This document shows positions 14,488 to 19,085 of a DNA stretch of 19,085 nucleotides, one piece after another. The translations under genes were made by a program, and so were the position numbers. Positions within the stretch are counted from its first letter, which is position 1; the number at the start of each line of letters is the position of its first letter. Below the pieces are notes generated by a model. The model worked only from the letters and a program-made list of their open reading frames with translations. It was not told the origin of the DNA and searched no databases. This DNA comes from a bacterium. Its GTDB lineage: Bacteria; Zhuqueibacterota; Zhuqueibacteria; Oceanimicrobiales; Oceanimicrobiaceae. Location of the stretch: contig JBHHXT010000087.1 of the NCBI GenBank assembly GCA_046757165.1, positions 1-19,085 of the forward strand. The letters run 5' to 3'.

Positions 14488-17319
14488 CTACTCCGACTCG
14501 GACTCGTCACTGTCAAAGTACCCCTCCCGGAAGTAGGCCTCGTTTTCTTCCTTGTATCTCTCTAGTTCCTGGCTTTGAATCTCATATTCGAGCTGCCGGA
14601 TGATCTCATCATACTCGGCCAACCGCTGGTCCAGAACCCGCCTCCTCTTGTCGATAACGCGGGTGACAAAATCACGATTGCTGGCCAGGGTCTCGATTTC
14701 ACCGTCTTTTTCTCGCATACGGTTGAAGGTGATGTCACTGACGCCCATGCCGGCCACGTTCGCCCAGTACTGAAAGTTGCTTTCGCCCTGCTCTGTGGTC
14801 TGAGCGGCAAGCCAGGTCTGCAACCGTTCGGTCTGCTTACCGAGCACGGCAAACTCATTGGCCACAATCTCCAGCTCGAGGTTCTCTCGTTCCGTGCGCG
14901 CCGCGGTTTGCAAGGCACGGACTTCCTGCAAGCGGGTCTGAAGGACCCTCCTTTCCTCTGCGATGCCGCCAGTCAACTCTGTCAGAATCTCGCGCCGATA
15001 GTCCACTGCGATCTCCTTGACCGGCCGTGCCCGCTCCCTGACAAACTTCGACTTCTGCCTGGCCAGAGCATTCTCATACTCTGCCAGGGTTCGCAGCAAC
15101 GTCTCGCGCTGCTTGCGCGCCTGGTTAGTCAACGCTTCCTGGCCGCCAGATTGCACTGCTGTCATGACCATCTCCATCTCCTCAATCACATCCAGCAGCG
15201 TATCTCCCTCGGAGAGATAAGCCTGAAGCAGCGCTCCCTCGCCGCCTGAGAGTTGCAACTGCTCCAGCACGCGATTCAGTCGTACGCGTTGCGCGGTAAT
15301 CCTGCGCACCAGGTCCTCGTCATCACGCTGCACGGCCTCCCGCTCAAACTGCTCCAATTCATGCAGGTGCACCAGCAACCGCCTTCTTTCGGCACCAAAC
15401 CGTTTTGCTGCCTGCATGTACGCTTTGCTCGAGGTGACATAACGCAAGTCCGTCAGGGCGCCATCCTCCTGGTTCATGCGGCGTTTACTGTGCGCCGCCA
15501 GGACCAGGGCTTCATAGGTCGTCGCGGCGCCGAAATGCTCCTGCAGCAAGACGTTGACCAGCGCCAGAGTCTTCTCATAGTGGTTCAACTCGAGATGCGC
15601 CCAGGCTGCGGCGATCAGGCTGCGCTCATATTCAGCAAACCCGGGAGAGACCTTATCAAAATGAGCAATCGCCTTTTCATACTCGCCCATCTCATAAAAG
15701 ATGGTGCCCAATTTCAGAAGCGCAAGGTTGCGGACCTGAGCAGCATGCGACTCAGTCCAGGGGTAGTTCTTTTCATTGGCCAGTTCCTCCAGAATCGTAA
15801 CCGCAGCCGCAAAATTGTCTCTGGAAACATAACTCAAAGCGGTCAAATAACGCGCATGCAAAAAGTACTTTGACTCCTGCGGTATCGCCGACAGTACCTC
15901 CTCGCCATCGGCATAGCGCGAATCCTGTAGGTAAACGTAGCCAGCCAAATAGGTACATTTGTCAATGACCTCTGGCTCACGCTCGATTCCAAGCGCCCGG
16001 AAAAGATCGAAGTACTCGTAAAACGCCGTCAAATCGCCTTGCTTCTCGGCAATCAACATGAGGCGAAACAGGGTCTCATTCAGATACTTCGAATCGGTCG
16101 CGTGTTGCAGAATCGCTTCATAATCCGCCCTCGCCAGGTTGAAGAGCTTGCGCTGATAGTAGCAGTCAGCCCGGTAAAAGCGGACGCTCCCCAGGTCGAA
16201 AAAGTACAGCTCGTAATCCTGCACAACCTCGGTGAACTGTTCTGTGGCGAATTCGTACGCCCTATCAGCGTAACTTCGGAGCGCATCGCGCAAATCCCGC
16301 GCGAGCATTCTCGTTCGCTCCTGTCGCGTGCCGCTCGCCAGCAGCGCCTCTTTCACGATGCGATGGCGAAGCAACTGCACCTGATATTCCGCAGTCTCCC
16401 TGGCTTTCCATTCATCAAACAACTCGAAAGCCATGGCACTGACGCTTCCGTGGTCGCCATATCCAAACAGGGCCACCAACCGCTGATCCAGACTGCTGAT
16501 GATCTCCTGTTGCAGCGCCACGAGCTCATGGCTAACCTGTACATTTTCAGACCGTGCCCGTACGATCAAATGGCTGATTTCTTCCAGCAAGGTTTCGAGA
16601 CGCTCAACTTCAGCGTTGTACGATGCCACCACTGAATCCGGACCTACCGGCTCGAGAACCTCAAAAAGCGCGGCGATGCTCGCCTTTTGCTCATTGATTG
16701 CCTGCACGACCTCTTCCTGCGCCGGCCCGGTCTCGAGTTGTAACAGATCCAGCCGCTTGTAAACCTTCAAGAGGGCCTTGATTTCCCGTTTGTACTGCCG
16801 GTTGAGAAATGCCAGATAACGGCGGGAATAGACGCCGCTCTCCTGGAACAGCCGCCGGTCGTCGAACACTTTGACGATATTCTGCCGCAGGCTCGCGAGT
16901 GGCCGCAGCAGATGCAACCCGTCCTGTAAATCCATGACCACCTGCAACCGCTCGATATCCTCGACCAACTGCAAGAGCTTGTCGATCTCCTGCGAATACG
17001 CTAAGACCAGGTGCTCCGCATGACCATAAACGGCCGACAGCGGAATCTGGTCTTCGACGAGCGCCTTTGCTCCCCGCTGCTCCAGCTCCGCCGTGATATT
17101 GCGAACCAGGTGCAGGAGGTGTTTTTCCTGGCGCGCCAGATCGCGAAAGAACACCGAGCTCTGCTGATCCAAATAAAAGGCAGCGCGTTCCTCGAACGGA
17201 CTCTTCAAGTTTTTGTCAGGAAGTCCAGATTGGCCAGCGGCCGGGTGAGCATGCACCCCCCCCAACACGAGCACCACCCAAATTTTCATCCTGAAAATCG
17301 TTAATCGACCAATATCCAT
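14488..17319 (-). CDS. Large secreted TPR/coiled-coil protein (GltC-like)
   Basis: N-terminal hydrophobic signal-like segment (start at 17319 or 17289), helical N-terminal third, central TPRs (ALLKLGTIFYEMGEYEKAIAHFDKV...SLIAAAWAHLELNHYEKTL) and a long C-terminal coiled coil. Confidence 0.82.
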   Translation of the reverse strand: MDIGRLTIFRMKIWVVLVLGGVHAHPAAGQSGLPDKNLKSPFEERAAFYLDQQSSVFFRDLARQEKHLLHLVRNITAELEQRGAKALVEDQIPLSAVYGHAEHLVLAYSQEIDKLLQLVEDIERLQVVMDLQDGLHLLRPLASLRQNIVKVFDDRRLFQESGVYSRRYLAFLNRQYKREIKALLKVYKRLDLLQLETGPAQEEVVQAINEQKASIAALFEVLEPVGPDSVVASYNAEVERLETLLEEISHLIVRARSENVQVSHELVALQQEIISSLDQRLVALFGYGDHGSVSAMAFELFDEWKARETAEYQVQLLRHRIVKEALLASGTRQERTRMLARDLRDALRSYADRAYEFATEQFTEVVQDYELYFFDLGSVRFYRADCYYQRKLFNLARADYEAILQHATDSKYLNETLFRLMLIAEKQGDLTAFYEYFDLFRALGIEREPEVIDKCTYLAGYVYLQDSRYADGEEVLSAIPQESKYFLHARYLTALSYVSRDNFAAAVTILEELANEKNYPWTESHAAQVRNLALLKLGTIFYEMGEYEKAIAHFDKVSPGFAEYERSLIAAAWAHLELNHYEKTLALVNVLLQEHFGAATTYEALVLAAHSKRRMNQEDGALTDLRYVTSSKAYMQAAKRFGAERRRLLVHLHELEQFEREAVQRDDEDLVRRITAQRVRLNRVLEQLQLSGGEGALLQAYLSEGDTLLDVIEEMEMVMTAVQSGGQEALTNQARKQRETLLRTLAEYENALARQKSKFVRERARPVKEIAVDYRREILTELTGGIAEERRVLQTRLQEVRALQTAARTERENLELEIVANEFAVLGKQTERLQTWLAAQTTEQGESNFQYWANVAGMGVSDITFNRMREKDGEIETLASNRDFVTRVIDKRRRVLDQRLAEYDEIIRQLEYEIQSQELERYKEENEAYFREGYFDSDESESE

Positions 17320-17753
17320 ATCGCGACCCTTGATTGATATTCAGGTAGTTCGTCGCGGCACTGGAATATCTTGAGAGCTACTCTGAGAAAAAGAATTGAT
17401 TTTTTGTTATTATTTGTGGGGTTTCACAAGGCGGGGTTCCGACCTCTGGCAGACTTCTTCCCGCTCGGTTTTCGCGCTCAGGGCGGGGTCCAAAGCGCTG
17501 GCCGGGTGGGCATACGAAACCGCATAGTCCCCTGATGGTTGCAGAGATTAACGAAGCGACTTCCGCAACCCGACCCCTCGATTTCGCGCATCGGAAACCG
17601 CTCCGCTAGGTTGGCCATCGACATCACGGACAACACCTGAGATCGTTCGTACTTTCCAAAAAAGTAATAGCGCAAGGCCGGTAGCAAGAACTGCAATTGC
17701 TATTAATGCCAATGACAATATGCGCTGAGGTTATTTTGTTTTTATTCCAAATC

Positions 17754-19049
17754 TTATCGTAAAATAGGCTGCTTCTTTTCGGCTAATTCTTCCAAAAGTT
17801 CAGCCGCCTTGGTTGGAGCATGATAACGCGCAAAATCATATTGGATTTGGCGGGCTCTTTGCTTGTATTTGGTGTCAGCCAGTACTTTCTTTACAGCTTT
17901 CTTAATCTGTTGCGGCTTTGGCGAGTCTGTTTTGAGATTGATGCCTACCCCTGCCCAGTCAACTCGAGCACATATTTCAGCTTTCTCTTCAGTCTGCCCC
18001 GCAACAACCAACGGTACACCGTAGCTCAAGGCAAATTGGATTCCTCCGTAGCCAGCGTTGGTTATCATCACGTCAACATGTGGTAAGAGCTTGTCATATG
18101 GAATGAACTGCTCCAGTCGCAAATTATCCGGAGGGTGTATTAGTTTGAGATGCTCGACAGGATTTCCTGTAGTCGCCACAACAAGGACGTTTTCATCGGC
18201 CAATACCTGAATGGTTGGCAACATGAGTTTATTATAGTCCGTTGCAACAGTTCCCTGCGTAACGAGTATTACCGTTGGATCTGATTTCAAATCGTCCCAC
18301 CAGGACGGCTGACTAAACGCATCGTGTGATTTTGGCAAAAGTGGACCAATAAAATGTATGTGGTCAGGCATGTCACTCCGCTGGTATTCAAATGCTGGCG
18401 TGGTTCCCTGAAGGTAAATACTGAACATGTTGCAAGCAGCATCGAGAAAGAATTGTTTCAATGAAGGCAGACCCATTTTCTCGCGCTGCCCGTTGGCATA
18501 CGCTTGTACATCGCGGAACATAACCTGGTGAGTCATCCAATTAAGGAACAGGTTTCGCACTCGGCCAATCGAAGAGGCGTTCGGCGGGATGCCAGGTCCA
18601 AAAGGGGCCGTATCACTGCTACTAATACCCAGAGGGAATAGGCCTACACCTGCAGACAGAGGTCTATCTGTTGGAGCAAATAGCGTTGACCCCAAAAAGA
18701 CAATCTCAGAAAGAATCACATCCGCTGTGGAGTCACGCAGTATCTCAGTCAAGTCTTGATTTTGGCCAATCGCCGAGTCGATAAAGATATGCTTGAAGTC
18801 AAACTTCAAGCCGGCGATTCCCTTTAGGCCTTTCCTTTTGGGAAAGTAGGCCTCAACATCGCCTTCATCAAAATCGACGGCAGCTTTCATTGGAACATAA
18901 GTCGCACCGGCCGCTTCGATCTTTGGCTGAAAGCGACGGCCAGTGTACCACCTTACATCATGTCCCCGATGTACCAATTCACTGGCAATTGGAACGACCG
19001 GATTAACATGTCCTGTGATAGGCATGGTGGCAAATAGAAATTTTGCCAT
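17754..19049 (-). CDS. Family-1 UDP-glycosyltransferase (MGT/macrolide-GT-like)
   Basis: N-terminal P..GHVNP....A.ELV.RGHDV, VTQGT, and nucleotide-sugar motif EQFIPYDKLLPHVDVMITNAGYGGIQFALSYGVPLVVAG.TEEK; AGGAGG RBS. Confidence 0.93.
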   Translation of the reverse strand: MAKFLFATMPITGHVNPVVPIASELVHRGHDVRWYTGRRFQPKIEAAGATYVPMKAAVDFDEGDVEAYFPKRKGLKGIAGLKFDFKHIFIDSAIGQNQDLTEILRDSTADVILSEIVFLGSTLFAPTDRPLSAGVGLFPLGISSSDTAPFGPGIPPNASSIGRVRNLFLNWMTHQVMFRDVQAYANGQREKMGLPSLKQFFLDAACNMFSIYLQGTTPAFEYQRSDMPDHIHFIGPLLPKSHDAFSQPSWWDDLKSDPTVILVTQGTVATDYNKLMLPTIQVLADENVLVVATTGNPVEHLKLIHPPDNLRLEQFIPYDKLLPHVDVMITNAGYGGIQFALSYGVPLVVAGQTEEKAEICARVDWAGVGINLKTDSPKPQQIKKAVKKVLADTKYKQRARQIQYDFARYHAPTKAAELLEELAEKKQPILR

Positions 19050-19085
19050 AATAGTTTCCTCCTTCTCTGTATCTATTCAGCCAAC

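Noticed and set aside
17478..17696. 72-aa minus-strand ORF between the glycosyltransferase and the TPR operon
   Set aside because: Non-ATG start, no clear RBS and no recognisable motif; more likely regulatory or non-coding DNA.

Overview
Bacterial chromosomal window with moderately high GC, from a diderm organism (it encodes a TonB/ExbBD-type motor and secreted TPR proteins); the phylum cannot be fixed from sequence alone. Left part: a flavin reductase and a short alpha-glucan phosphorylase on the minus strand, divergent from a plus-strand run of Ku (NHEJ), a small TPR protein with a candidate beta-clamp-binding motif, HtpX, and a proteasome-beta/HslV-fold Ntn hydrolase with Ser in place of the catalytic Thr1. 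Most of the window (6507-17319, minus) is a compact seven-gene operon: two large secreted TPR/coiled-coil proteins, a small secreted protein, ExbB/TolQ, two ExbD/TolR and a TonB-like protein with an AgmX/PglI-type C-terminal domain. It resembles the core Agl-Glt machinery of myxobacteria, but has no separate GltE-like gene and has a sugar-binding-like beta-sandwich fused to the GltD-like protein. A lower-GC family-1 glycosyltransferase lies upstream. Several intergenic regions carry 7-9 bp tandem repeats and hairpins. No rRNA, tRNA, CRISPR array, integrase or transposase was recognised. All family assignments come from motif recognition, not database searches.
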